From an uncultured Bdellovibrio sp. (GTDB lineage Bacteria; Bdellovibrionota; Bdellovibrionia; Bdellovibrionales; Bdellovibrionaceae), in contig CAWVRN010000005.1 in assembly GCA_963932905.1 (NCBI GenBank), forward strand, positions 32,001-96,000: a stretch of DNA of 64,000 nucleotides, given 5' to 3'. Positions 1 to 10,014 of the stretch are shown in pieces. The notes under the pieces were generated by a model. It was not told where the DNA came from, searched no databases, and saw only the letters and a program-made list of their open reading frames with translations. Each line of letters starts with the position of its first letter. The stretch's first letter is position 1. A program made the translations under genes and the position numbers.

Positions 1-1131
1 TTTCCAAATGCAGATGATTTATGGAGTGTGCGTCCGCGTAACATGGAACAACGTTATGATTTCGACCGCGGTCCGGGTGAAGACGTTGCGAAAGCCATTA
101 TGACGGCACTTGAAGCATCTCGTGCCCAAATCTTTGCGGTGAAACCAGGTATCGAAATTAAAAAAGACAATCGTGGTAACGACACTACGTTTGATTTCTA
201 TGGAATCAATGCTTACTATTCTAAAACGGTACCCGATACAGGTTTCTTCGGTATGCATCGCGGAAGTTTCACTGATGCACGTGTGTTAATCATGGCCGAT
301 CCTCATGGCATTGATGATTGGAATACGGCGCGTGCATTAACAGGTGCTCGTGGTCAGTACTTGAATGGTTTGATGAACGATCTTGGAATCGGCAAAGACT
401 ACCTAGTTATTAAAACAGCTCCATTGGGGATGGATGGCGCGACAGCAGAAGAATGGGAATACGTTCGTAAGCACACGGAAGGTTACCGTGAAGCGGCTCT
501 TAAAGAGGCTTTGAAGAATAAAAACCTAGAATTCGTAATGGCCGATGGACCGATTGCTCAAATCGAGCTGCAACGTCTATTAAAAAAATTAAAACGTACG
601 GATTTAACAGTGATCGATATCAATCGTGACGGTATGGTGGCTGAATCTGGTATCTCTGAAGCGGGCGAAGCGGTTAAAGCTTTGAATAAATCGTTCAGCA
701 AAGCCCAAATTTCGGTGAAAATGAAAGATATCCCTCGCGGTCACTTAACGTGGTGGTCACGCAGCTGGGAAGGCACGAGCGGCGACTTAGTGATCAATGC
801 GTCAGGTAAAGCGGCAGGTAAAGTTAAAGCGATCGTGACTCCCGACTGGGTAGTGAATCAAAAAGTTCACATCACAGCACGTGAACAAGCATCGATTGAT
901 AAATTGCGTAAAGATATGGAAGTTGCTGGTTTAAAACTAGGTAGTGAAACGTTCCAATCTTTCTTTGAACGCGCGGCCCGGATGAAACGTGCAGTAGAGG
1001 AAAAAGTGGGCGACATGATTGCCAAAGTTCGTGGCAAAAAACAAACTGAATCAATGAAGCCTGTGGCTTCTTTGTCGGAAAGACAGTCTGAGAACCAGTG
1101 TGTTCAGTTCTATTTCAAACAAGCTAAGTAA
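1..1131 (+). CDS. 5'-truncated protein with a uracil-DNA-glycosylase-like domain
   Basis: The frame is open from base 1 (TTT CCA AAT...), so the gene starts upstream of the window. The segment HRGSFTDARVLIMADP...RALTGARGQYLNGLMNDLGIGKDYLVIKT resembles UDG-superfamily motifs. Host-like codon usage. Confidence 0.5.
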   Translation, partial: FPNADDLWSVRPRNMEQRYDFDRGPGEDVAKAIMTALEASRAQIFAVKPGIEIKKDNRGNDTTFDFYGINAYYSKTVPDTGFFGMHRGSFTDARVLIMADPHGIDDWNTARALTGARGQYLNGLMNDLGIGKDYLVIKTAPLGMDGATAEEWEYVRKHTEGYREAALKEALKNKNLEFVMADGPIAQIELQRLLKKLKRTDLTVIDINRDGMVAESGISEAGEAVKALNKSFSKAQISVKMKDIPRGHLTWWSRSWEGTSGDLVINASGKAAGKVKAIVTPDWVVNQKVHITAREQASIDKLRKDMEVAGLKLGSETFQSFFERAARMKRAVEEKVGDMIAKVRGKKQTESMKPVASLSERQSENQCVQFYFKQAK

Positions 1132-1178
1132 AATTTAAAGGCAAGGCGTTGTCCTCGGCGCCTTCTGTAATTAAGGTA

Positions 1179-2414
1179 TCATTTTAGGTTATTTAATAGT
1201 GCGCTTAAACCCAAAGTCACTTGTTCGCCAGTTCCCATGTTTTTCAGTGCAAATTCTTTTTTCTCGACTTCTTGTGAACCTATAATGATTGCATAATTAG
1301 CGTTTTTATTGCCAGCTTTCTTCATTTTCTTGCCAACATTACCGCCATAGATAACTTCAACACGATATTTTGTTTCTGCGCGGAGTTGACTAGCTAATCG
1401 TAGCGATTCGATTTCACCCACTTCATCGGCTGGAACAAGTGCAATTAATTTTGATTCATCTGAAATTAAAGATTTATCTGCTAACTCGACCAAGCGTTCA
1501 ACTCCCGCAGCCCAGCCTACCCCCGGTGTTCTAGGTCCACCCATTGTTTCAATTAAGCCATCATAACGGCCACCAGCCAGTACAGTACCTTGTGCGCCTA
1601 GCTCCGTAGTTACAAACTCAAACACTGTGTGCGTGTAGTAATCTAAACCGCGAACCAGTTGAGATGATTTTTGATAGGGGATACCTAAAACATTTAATCC
1701 ATTGATTAGCGAATCAAAATATTTTTTAGAGGCTTCATTCAGCGATGCTTCTAGGTGAGGAGCCGTCGCGTTGATTTTTTTATCGCCTTCATCCTTAGAA
1801 TCAAGAATACGCATTGGATTTTTTTCTAGGCGAATTTTAGAATCAGCTGACAAATCGTTTTTATACTTTTCGTAGTATGCAACCAAAGTATTGCGGTACT
1901 GCATACGTGAATCTGTATCACCGAGTGTGTTTAGCAATAAGTTGCATTTTTTCTCGATTCCGACAGATTTTAGCAGTTCAAATCCTAGTTGCAGACACTC
2001 TATATCCATCAAATAAGATTCAATACCTAAAACCTCGACGCCAATTTGGTGGAACTGGCGCAAACGACCTTTTTGCGGGCGTTCGTAACGAAACATAGGA
2101 CCACAGTAATATAATTTTAATGGGATCTTCTGAGCCAATCCTTCAGATATAAATGCACGAGCGATACCGGCCGTTCCTTCGGGTCTTAGAGTCAGGGATT
2201 CGTCAGATCGATCTTTAAATGTGTAGGTCTCTTTGCTGACGACATCCGAGGTTTCGCCGAGAGTGCGATGAAAAACTTCCGAGTGTTCAAAAATGGGTGT
2301 TCTAATTTCACCAAATCCAAATCTTTGTGCTTTATCAAAAAAAGCACGTTCCATATTTCTGAAGTAACTACTTTCTTGTTCGAACCAATCTTGGGTACCG
2401 CGGACTCTTTGCAT
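1179..2414 (-). CDS. hisS: Histidine--tRNA ligase
   Basis: Motifs [48 protein letters not shown] and a C-terminal anticodon domain. Start placed at ATG 2414 (MQRVRG); the ORF-track extension overlaps the divergent gene. Confidence 0.97.
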   Translation of the reverse strand: MQRVRGTQDWFEQESSYFRNMERAFFDKAQRFGFGEIRTPIFEHSEVFHRTLGETSDVVSKETYTFKDRSDESLTLRPEGTAGIARAFISEGLAQKIPLKLYYCGPMFRYERPQKGRLRQFHQIGVEVLGIESYLMDIECLQLGFELLKSVGIEKKCNLLLNTLGDTDSRMQYRNTLVAYYEKYKNDLSADSKIRLEKNPMRILDSKDEGDKKINATAPHLEASLNEASKKYFDSLINGLNVLGIPYQKSSQLVRGLDYYTHTVFEFVTTELGAQGTVLAGGRYDGLIETMGGPRTPGVGWAAGVERLVELADKSLISDESKLIALVPADEVGEIESLRLASQLRAETKYRVEVIYGGNVGKKMKKAGNKNANYAIIIGSQEVEKKEFALKNMGTGEQVTLGLSALLNNLK

Positions 2415-2499
2415 ACGACCGAGTTTAGTAGATTTATGGCGCTTATCAAACTGATTTTTACTCGACACAGTTGATAATAATAGGGTATTTACGGTGATT

Positions 2500-2967
2500 A
2501 TGATTAATAAATCAAATATTTGGTATATCGTCAGTGGTTGCATCTTTGCTTTTGTATTAGGCTGCTTGTTGGTGTTCTTCATTAAAAAGAACCAATTCAC
2601 TGCCGATGGCGCGGAAGTCGACTGGCGCGTGCTGGGTGAAATGGACTACATCACAGGAAAAGCGTCCGATGCGCTAAATAAATTCAACGGGGCCCAAGTT
2701 AAGATCCCGGGATTTATGGTTCCGCTAGAAGATTCCCAAAAAGAAGTGACCGAGTTTTTACTGGTGCCAACACCGCAAGCCTGCATTCACGTTCCAGCAC
2801 CACCACCAAATCAAATGGTGTACGTAAAAATGAAGCCGGGTAGAAAAGCCGAAGTTCCCTATGGCCCGATCTGGGTGCATGGCCAGCTGAATATGGTAAC
2901 TAAAAAATCGATGTACGGGGACGCTAGTTTTGAACTAGAGGGCGAATTAGTCGAAAATTATAAATAG
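2500..2967 (+). CDS. DUF3299 family membrane-anchored protein
   Basis: N-terminal [13 protein letters not shown]...[22 protein letters not shown] signature. Confidence 0.85.
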   Translation: MINKSNIWYIVSGCIFAFVLGCLLVFFIKKNQFTADGAEVDWRVLGEMDYITGKASDALNKFNGAQVKIPGFMVPLEDSQKEVTEFLLVPTPQACIHVPAPPPNQMVYVKMKPGRKAEVPYGPIWVHGQLNMVTKKSMYGDASFELEGELVENYK

Positions 2968-2992
2968 TGGAGTGAACGCCGCTGAGCTTAAA

Positions 2993-4807
2993 TTAAGCGG
3001 CGATTTTGACTTTGTCGGCGGCTTCTGGCTCGTAATCAGAATAAGGTGTGACGATAATTTCGTATTCACCGTCGGCTTTTTTAATACCACGAACTTTATG
3101 TAGCTTTAGTGGCTCAGAACGGCCTTTAACTTCGGCAGAACCAGCATATTCAGTCAGGAAGGAATCACCGACTTTTTCTAAAACAGTGTCGCTGACAAGC
3201 AGGTCAGAACCGAATGCTTTTGTAGACGATTCAATACGTGAACCCGTGTTTACCGTGTTACCGATAATCGTGTACTCCATACGCTCGTCAGAACCAATTG
3301 TTCCAGAAATTGCGGAACCAGCATGTAGACCCATACCGATTTGAATGGGTGGCTCTTTACGGCTCATACGTTTTTCATTTAGGTCGGCTAGCGCGCGACG
3401 CATATCCAGACAGGCCTTCACGGCATTGTGGGCGTCTTTCTTATTTGATTTTGGAACACCCCAAACGGCCATGATCGCATCGCCGATAAATTTATCAACG
3501 ATACCGCCATTGGCATTGATGATTTTCACCATCACGGCAAAGTATTCATTGAGCATGCTAACGACTTCTTCGGGTTTGCGTTTTTCAGAGAATGCCGTAA
3601 ATCCACGAATATCACTGAAGAACACGATAACGTCTTTAGATTGACCACCGATGCTGACATCTTTCTTCATTAAGTCTTCTGTGACGCTAGATCCGTGGAA
3701 CTTGTTGAATAGATTTTTAACCTTATCACGTTCCTTCAGACCCTCGGTCATTGAATCAAACGCGGTCGCCAATTCTTTAACTTCATCTTTGAAGAATGTT
3801 TTAACTTGTTTAGAGGCATTCACATCGAAATTACCTTTAGAAACCAAGTGAATCAAATTGGTCAATGTTTCTAGTGGCGAAGTTAACGTCATCGAGAATA
3901 CGAAAACTAGGAATAGGGTGACTGACAAGAAATAACCTACGATTTGAATAATATTGTTTTTAACTTCTTTCGTGACGACTAAAATTTTTTCTTCTTCAAC
4001 TTGCGAGAAAACGATCGGACCAAATGTTGTCTTTGCATAGGCGGCGTACATCGCTTTTTGATTGGACGACGCTGGTAAGTATTTCATACCTGAAGCCATT
4101 GAACTTTGAATTGCGAATCTTACGATTTCATTTCCAGAAAAGTTTTGCTTCTTGGGTGCTAGTGATTCATCCCTATGACCCATTACAATTCCCGTTTTGT
4201 CGGTAACAAAGAATAGATTCAATCCGCTGTCAGACATCGTTTTTTGAATTAGAGACAAATCGATATCGGCGACCACGTAATGAGTGATCGTTTTATTTAT
4301 TTTAATCAGCGGCATGGCAATTGTAACAATCGGATCCCAGTTTTCAACGGAACTATTAACGATAACCATATTGCCGTCTTTAATATCTGAACGATTAAAA
4401 GGGGTACGTTTCCTATATTCTAGTATGCGCGTATCAAACGGTTTTTTATAGCTATTTCCAACAGCTACTTCACCAGAGCTTTCATATTTGAAAACTTCAA
4501 TACCTACCAGGGCGCTATCTAAATTAAAATTGGCCTCAAAGTCTTTTTGGTAATTTAAATCGGCAGTATTGCCTTCTTTCCAGCTTTGTAACAATCGACC
4601 ATTTAACGTCACTTTATCTTTTAGGTTATTAAATAATTGGTTTAATTCGCGGGCTTTACCCATGGCTAGCGCCAGGTTGTTGTCTTGTTGGAATTCAACT
4701 AATTTGTTACTTGTGATTTCCGATGTTTTCATCGTGACAGGAATAGTGACACCGATCAGGAGTAGGACTGTGATAACGATAAGTTTAATTGAAATCGGTA
4801 TTCTCAT
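2993..4807 (-). CDS. Class III adenylate cyclase with periplasmic Cache-like sensor and HAMP domain
   Basis: Two TM helices flank a periplasmic domain. HAMP (PLETL...DEVKELATAFDSM). Catalytic motifs FSDIRGFT, DKFIGDAIM and EYTIIGNTVNTGSRIE; Lys/Thr specificity residues point to ATP. Confidence 0.92.
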   Translation of the reverse strand: MRIPISIKLIVITVLLLIGVTIPVTMKTSEITSNKLVEFQQDNNLALAMGKARELNQLFNNLKDKVTLNGRLLQSWKEGNTADLNYQKDFEANFNLDSALVGIEVFKYESSGEVAVGNSYKKPFDTRILEYRKRTPFNRSDIKDGNMVIVNSSVENWDPIVTIAMPLIKINKTITHYVVADIDLSLIQKTMSDSGLNLFFVTDKTGIVMGHRDESLAPKKQNFSGNEIVRFAIQSSMASGMKYLPASSNQKAMYAAYAKTTFGPIVFSQVEEEKILVVTKEVKNNIIQIVGYFLSVTLFLVFVFSMTLTSPLETLTNLIHLVSKGNFDVNASKQVKTFFKDEVKELATAFDSMTEGLKERDKVKNLFNKFHGSSVTEDLMKKDVSIGGQSKDVIVFFSDIRGFTAFSEKRKPEEVVSMLNEYFAVMVKIINANGGIVDKFIGDAIMAVWGVPKSNKKDAHNAVKACLDMRRALADLNEKRMSRKEPPIQIGMGLHAGSAISGTIGSDERMEYTIIGNTVNTGSRIESSTKAFGSDLLVSDTVLEKVGDSFLTEYAGSAEVKGRSEPLKLHKVRGIKKADGEYEIIVTPYSDYEPEAADKVKIAA

Positions 4808-4816
4808 GTTAATCCT

Positions 4817-6499
4817 TTAAAATTGATACTCCGCAAATAAACTAAAATAGAATCCGTTAACACTGGTGTCGACATTAACATTGCTACTGTACTCTGCATT
4901 GGCAGAGGGCAGGTTAAACGCGTTTGTGGTGCTTTCATCTTTGTACTTAACTTGATCTTTTCGATAGGTCAGGCCCAGCAAACCAGTAAATTTTGGACTG
5001 AGTTTGTAACTGCCTAAAATGCCATACTCATCCGATAACGTAGGTTGGAATCCTGTTCCGTTGTTGGGTAGTTTCACTGCGGACATGGAATAGAACCAAT
5101 TTGTGTTCACTTGGAAACCTAGTTTCGGTGTTAAGGAGAACCAGTATTCCAATCCAATATGAGGACCTAGCATTGAAATATTTTGATTGCTGGTGCCTTT
5201 AAACCCTGACAACGATCTGTTGTTGGAATTGAAATAATTTGAAATTTCTGTAATGTCGGCCAGAGTTTGAGGAATTTCTTTATAAAATAGACCAGTCTTG
5301 ACTCTAAATTCGTCAGTGTCGCGAACGGTTTTTCTCCAAACGGCATTCAGATACATGGAATTGTATATGAATGCGCCTTTCTCTTGATCACCTTTTAAAA
5401 ATCCGCTGATGTCTACCACACCGGAAAATCCCCAAGGGTTTCCTTCTTTGAACCAACCTGTTCCGATACGACCGGTACCTCCCAAGATACTATACTTGGG
5501 GTTCAGTCCCTTGTAAGACGATGAATAGTTGATCATGGAAACAAACCAACTGGCTATGCCGTACCAACCGTTAATACGGTCGATCGATTTTCTTAGAACA
5601 TAAGTGTATTCAGCACTTGGGGAGCGATCGCCATTCTTCACTTTGAAAGTCAAAACTGACTTGTCGGAACTAGGGCGAAGTTTACCTGTACTTTGAACAA
5701 TCACCCGATAATGGCCACCTGGCCATTTGGGATCGATCACAATTTTATTTCCAACAAAACGTCCGTCTTGCACGACTTTTTGCCATTTTTTACTAGGGGC
5801 TAAATATTTTTGAAGTTCGACTGAGTAAGTCTGAGCCAACGGATCTTGATTCCATGAAACATCACGCACGAATTGATTTTCTGGAGTCAAAATCGTCGGT
5901 TTATCCAGCTTTTTACCAATCACCGTAACATCACCCACAGTTTCCGCTTCGCTACTTAGATTTCCACTATCCAGCGCGGTCATTGACCATGTATATTTTT
6001 TTCCAACGGGTAGGGTAACTACGATTCTGAAATCGCTAATGACTTGATCTAAAATCTCTGTATTAGAATCAGCGTCTCTTATTTTTAGCGCGTACTTGTC
6101 GGCACCTAAAACTTCTTTCCATTCAAATGTAACTTCGTCCGTCTCAGCACTGTCAGATTTCAATTCGAAATTATTTTGCTGAGGCTTGGTAACTTCAACG
6201 CGGTCAAGTAACACGGGGAAGGCCACTTCTTCACTCCATACCCCCGGAACATTTCGATTGTCTAACGAGCGTAGTTTCATTTTGTATATACCCGGCGGAA
6301 TCGGTCCCGTGTAGCTGTTGGTTTCTGTGAAAAAATCGGTCACTACTTCAGAATTGTTTTTTTGATTTGTAAATTGCACCTGATATCGCTTGGCGCCGAC
6401 TACAGGATCCCATTCAAAGGAAATCGTCTTTTTGTATGCATCCTTTGCCAATGCTACCGAGCTAGTTAAAAAGAGGGCGATAATCAGTGTTTTAATCAT
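4817..6499 (-). CDS. Secreted protein with FN3/Ig-like repeats and a predicted C-terminal outer-membrane beta-barrel
   Basis: Sec signal. Repeated W..V.GA..Y FN3-type motifs. Amphipathic beta-strand C-terminal region ending in FSLFAEYQF (terminal-Phe beta-signal). Confidence 0.65.
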   Translation of the reverse strand: MIKTLIIALFLTSSVALAKDAYKKTISFEWDPVVGAKRYQVQFTNQKNNSEVVTDFFTETNSYTGPIPPGIYKMKLRSLDNRNVPGVWSEEVAFPVLLDRVEVTKPQQNNFELKSDSAETDEVTFEWKEVLGADKYALKIRDADSNTEILDQVISDFRIVVTLPVGKKYTWSMTALDSGNLSSEAETVGDVTVIGKKLDKPTILTPENQFVRDVSWNQDPLAQTYSVELQKYLAPSKKWQKVVQDGRFVGNKIVIDPKWPGGHYRVIVQSTGKLRPSSDKSVLTFKVKNGDRSPSAEYTYVLRKSIDRINGWYGIASWFVSMINYSSSYKGLNPKYSILGGTGRIGTGWFKEGNPWGFSGVVDISGFLKGDQEKGAFIYNSMYLNAVWRKTVRDTDEFRVKTGLFYKEIPQTLADITEISNYFNSNNRSLSGFKGTSNQNISMLGPHIGLEYWFSLTPKLGFQVNTNWFYSMSAVKLPNNGTGFQPTLSDEYGILGSYKLSPKFTGLLGLTYRKDQVKYKDESTTNAFNLPSANAEYSSNVNVDTSVNGFYFSLFAEYQF

Positions 6500-8385
6500 T
6501 GGCCACTCTGTTTGATGTTCAAGTTTTTAAGTTTTGGTGCGGACATCGTCGTAAAGTTTGGAACTTCAAATTCAAAAGACTCGCTCGAAGGACCGCGACG
6601 ATTATAATGATCGATAGGAGTAACCTTCACCTGGTAAGAGCCCGGGTTTAGACCCGACATCGCACCAGAATAAGTTAGGTTGCTATTTTTAGAACTTACT
6701 TTTTCTATTTTGTTTGTTACCGGACTATATATTTCGACTTCGTATGATCTAACCACCGATTGATAGTCCCATTGCAAATTCACCACGCCATTTTCAAAAT
6801 AGTATTTATTGGTATTTTGATTGCGTTTGATAACTTGGCTGTTGATCACCGGTGCTTTAGGTAGAGGCATTTCCAATATTTCAATATTTTTGGGGGCCGT
6901 TTTACCTAGGCTCACACCGTTTTTATCAAATGGCTCCACCGTGACCTTGTAGTTACCGGGCTGAATTTGATCACTGACGAATTTTAATTCAGTCATTTCG
7001 CGACTTACTATAGGTTTCAAATCAGCATTTAGTATTTCAAACTTCCATTTTGTGATATCTTCTTTGCGAGTAATTGCGTTCCACGAGATCGTCATCGTTG
7101 GTTTATCGATGTAGAATTGTTTCTCTTTGGTATCCGTCCACGTTAGTGATGGCGGCGGCTTCGGCGGTTCTTTTTTCACCACGCGGAACTTTTGAATTTT
7201 GGTGTAGATAGGTCGATCCATATCTTCGTATTTCGTAGCTACGCGCCAGTAGTAGTCACCCTCGCTGTTAACGGTCAGTGCAAATTCTTGAGCATTGCTT
7301 ACATTTCGACTGTTTATAATAAAGCTATCTGACATAGTAGGGGATTTCGAAACATCTAACATCAAGCTTTTGTAAGCGTTTGGTTTTTGCCACTTCAGAG
7401 GTACACTCAGAGGCACATTATCATAAATCATGACGTCATCGTTTTTAGGTGCCAAAACTAATACCGAGTAACGACTTTGAACACTCAGCTTATATATCGC
7501 AGAATCATAGGTAACTTGTTTTGTAACTGGATTTCGTGACACCAGTTTCCAAACGTAGTTTCCGGGTGTTAGTATTGTATTGATGTTTTCTTTGCCGGCA
7601 GGAACATGGTCTTTTTCTTTCATGTTGTCTTTGTTTTCACCAACCATCAGTACAGTTTCGTCTTTTTTAGGTGTGCCTTTCCAGCGGAAAGACACTGTCG
7701 TGTCTGTCTCTGGATCGATGTAATAGATAAGAGTCGTTTTGTCTGAATCCTTTTTTATACTTGGAGAGATAATTTTTATTTCTTCCTGAACCCGCATGCC
7801 ACCTTTGTTTAAACTGACGGCTTGACCTGACGTTAGGTCTTTTACATTACCTTTTTCATCTCGGATTTGCGATTTACCTTCAAGGACATTAACTTTGATG
7901 TCGCCTTTAGAATTTTTGTCTTTCGAGATCTGTGTTTTAGAACCACTCAGATCAAGTCGTTTGTTTTCGGCAACTAGGACGAGATTCGTAGGTTTTGTAT
8001 CTGCGGTATTTTTAGCATCGATGAATACGCTACCTTCTTTTAGATCCAAAGAGATTTCGTCTTTAGACTTCTGAATTACAAAAGTCGAATTAGGATCTAC
8101 TTTAATAGATCGATTATCTAAGAAGCGAATTTCAATTTCACTGCGCTCGGATGTGCGAACAGTATCGCCATCAAGCAACCAATCTCCTGTTTCAATTGGT
8201 AGCCATTGTAAGCTAGATGAAAATTTTTTGCGTGCGTCATCAGATGTCGAAGTAACTTGGGCTAACTGTTCGGAACCCGCGTTAGTTACGGTTTGGACCA
8301 ATGAGCGTGACCACAGGAATGTTGCTAAGAAGCAACTTCCCGAAAGAAAAAACGCCCAAAATAATCTTCGTAACTGAAACTTCAT
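6496..8385 (-). CDS. Membrane-anchored FecR-domain protein with tandem FN3/Ig-like domains
   Basis: N-terminal TM. FecR-type GDTVRTSERSEIEIRFLD...LKEGSV...VNVLEG...LTSGQ. Repeated W...Y...PG.Y.(W/V) modules. 4-nt ATGA overlap with the next gene. Confidence 0.8.
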   Translation of the reverse strand: MKFQLRRLFWAFFLSGSCFLATFLWSRSLVQTVTNAGSEQLAQVTSTSDDARKKFSSSLQWLPIETGDWLLDGDTVRTSERSEIEIRFLDNRSIKVDPNSTFVIQKSKDEISLDLKEGSVFIDAKNTADTKPTNLVLVAENKRLDLSGSKTQISKDKNSKGDIKVNVLEGKSQIRDEKGNVKDLTSGQAVSLNKGGMRVQEEIKIISPSIKKDSDKTTLIYYIDPETDTTVSFRWKGTPKKDETVLMVGENKDNMKEKDHVPAGKENINTILTPGNYVWKLVSRNPVTKQVTYDSAIYKLSVQSRYSVLVLAPKNDDVMIYDNVPLSVPLKWQKPNAYKSLMLDVSKSPTMSDSFIINSRNVSNAQEFALTVNSEGDYYWRVATKYEDMDRPIYTKIQKFRVVKKEPPKPPPSLTWTDTKEKQFYIDKPTMTISWNAITRKEDITKWKFEILNADLKPIVSREMTELKFVSDQIQPGNYKVTVEPFDKNGVSLGKTAPKNIEILEMPLPKAPVINSQVIKRNQNTNKYYFENGVVNLQWDYQSVVRSYEVEIYSPVTNKIEKVSSKNSNLTYSGAMSGLNPGSYQVKVTPIDHYNRRGPSSESFEFEVPNFTTMSAPKLKNLNIKQSGQ

Positions 8386-8426
8386 TTATTTAAGTTCCTG
8401 AATTGTTAATATTTTTCTAAATATCA

Positions 8427-8453
8427 TCTCGGTAAAAAAATTGAGAACATTTA
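8427..8453 (-). promoter_or_regulatory. sigma28/FliA-like promoter of the FecR-cyclase operon
   Basis: Minus strand TAAAT-N16-CCGAGA, about 40 nt upstream of the ATG; same spacing as the motif at 55977. Confidence 0.4.
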
Positions 8454-8545
8454 GATCTAGCGACCTCAGTCCAGTGTCTAGTCTAGTCAGCCAGCAACCA
8501 TTTTTTGATTTTACAGACTTTAGGTAAGCGGGTAATCTGCCATTT

Positions 8546-9022
8546 ATGTCCAAGAAGAATTATATAACACCTGAAGGCGCCGAGAAATTGAAAGCCGAAT
8601 ACAACGAGCTTTTTCATGGAGAACGTCCGAAATTGGTCGAGACGGTCGCTTGGGCCGCCAGTAACGGTGATCGATCAGAAAATGCAGATTACCAGTATGG
8701 TAAAAAACGTCTGCGCGAAATTGATCGTCGGTTGAAGTTTTTGATGGATCGATTGGACGCGGTGGAAATCGTTCAAGTTACCGACATCAAGTCAGACAAA
8801 GTCGTTTTCGGAGCTACCGTGACCTATGTTAACGAAGACGAGGAATCGTTTACGTATCAAATCGTTGGGGAAGATGAATTTGATATCAAAAAAAACAAAA
8901 TTTCTTGGAAATCGCCGTTGGCGGCAACATTGTTGGGAAAAAAAAACGGCGACGAAGTTCGTTGGGTAAAACCCAATGGCGAAGAAGATTACCTGACTAT
9001 AGAAAAAGTGGAATATAAATAG
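8546..9022 (+). CDS. greB: Transcription elongation factor GreB
   Basis: NYITPEG, WAASNGDRSENADYQYGKKRLREIDRR, ISWKSPLA. Confidence 0.95.
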   Translation: MSKKNYITPEGAEKLKAEYNELFHGERPKLVETVAWAASNGDRSENADYQYGKKRLREIDRRLKFLMDRLDAVEIVQVTDIKSDKVVFGATVTYVNEDEESFTYQIVGEDEFDIKKNKISWKSPLAATLLGKKNGDEVRWVKPNGEEDYLTIEKVEYK

Positions 9023-9025
9023 GGA

Positions 9026-10003
9026 TCACGGCGCGATTTTCAAGGCTTGATCAAGATAGCCACTATAAAATTCAACGATACCGTAAACAATTTGACCGAT
9101 CACTAACCAGTATACAACGACCGGGAAAATTTTCACCCAGGTTTGAATCGTGCTGTCATTTTCACTTTTAATACGATCAGCATAGCGTTTTAAAAATTCA
9201 GGCAACTTACCAGCTTGTGATCCCAAACTGATGGCGCTTACCAGATCGACTGGAAATATTTTTTCGGTGTTAAACGCTTTTTGTAAATCGGTTCCTGTTT
9301 GAATTTTTGGAATGATTCGTTCGATCGCCCGTTGTATTTTAGGATTGGCCGAACATTGGCCAGATTGTTTTAAAGCTTCGAAAAAATCGATTCCAGAATC
9401 CAGCATAAAACCTAAAGTCGAAGCGAATTTTTCGAAAGCCATTTTTGCATTTAGTTTTTTGAAAAACGGAAGCGAATCCATCGTTTGGTGGAGTGTGCGA
9501 GCTTTTTGCAAATCAAAATAGGATTGAATCCAATAGTTGTATGTTATGACCCCAACAGCAGTTACCAACGCCAGTATGCCTAGACTATTTCTCAAATAAT
9601 GAGCTAATGTAATTTTTTGCGCAAAAAGATCTGGAACACCAGGAAACATCAACGCCGCGGCGAAAGTAAAATATGGTTTTAATAAACTTTGACGAATTTT
9701 TTTTATTGATTCGTAAGTATCTGCGTGTTTTTGAGAAAGATTTTTGAATACGTCGACTATACGTCCAGAATCTTCAGCGGCTTTTACCAGCGGTAAGTCA
9801 TTGATGGGCACACACCGAGCTGTTCGAAAACTTTGATGCAAAGATCTGCCTTTCCTTAGATTCTGACTTACGCTGTATAGAACTTGGCTATCGTTACCTG
9901 ATGATCGTTGTTGTAGGGCTTCGGTCGTTGATGCGACATCAATACCGGCACTATAGAGTTCGGCAAAGTTTTTATAAAATAGGCTCAATTGGGCAAACGA
10001 CAA
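9026..10003 (-). CDS. Type II secretion system F / PilC family protein
   Basis: Two T2SSF repeats (LYSAGI...AAEDSGR; MLDSGI...LGSQAGKL) with TM helices. TTG start preceded by AGAGGA RBS. Confidence 0.85.
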   Translation of the reverse strand: MSFAQLSLFYKNFAELYSAGIDVASTTEALQQRSSGNDSQVLYSVSQNLRKGRSLHQSFRTARCVPINDLPLVKAAEDSGRIVDVFKNLSQKHADTYESIKKIRQSLLKPYFTFAAALMFPGVPDLFAQKITLAHYLRNSLGILALVTAVGVITYNYWIQSYFDLQKARTLHQTMDSLPFFKKLNAKMAFEKFASTLGFMLDSGIDFFEALKQSGQCSANPKIQRAIERIIPKIQTGTDLQKAFNTEKIFPVDLVSAISLGSQAGKLPEFLKRYADRIKSENDSTIQTWVKIFPVVVYWLVIGQIVYGIVEFYSGYLDQALKIAP

Positions 10004-10014
10004 ATCAATCCTCT

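Noticed and set aside
2415..2600. N-terminal extension of hisS in the ORF track
   Set aside because: It overlaps the divergent DUF3299 gene; HisS homology starts at MQRVRG.
3048..3851. Run of antisense ORFs over the cyclase gene (similar ones lie over the receptor, htpX and clpA)
   Set aside because: These are shadow ORFs arising from codon bias of the real genes on the opposite strand.
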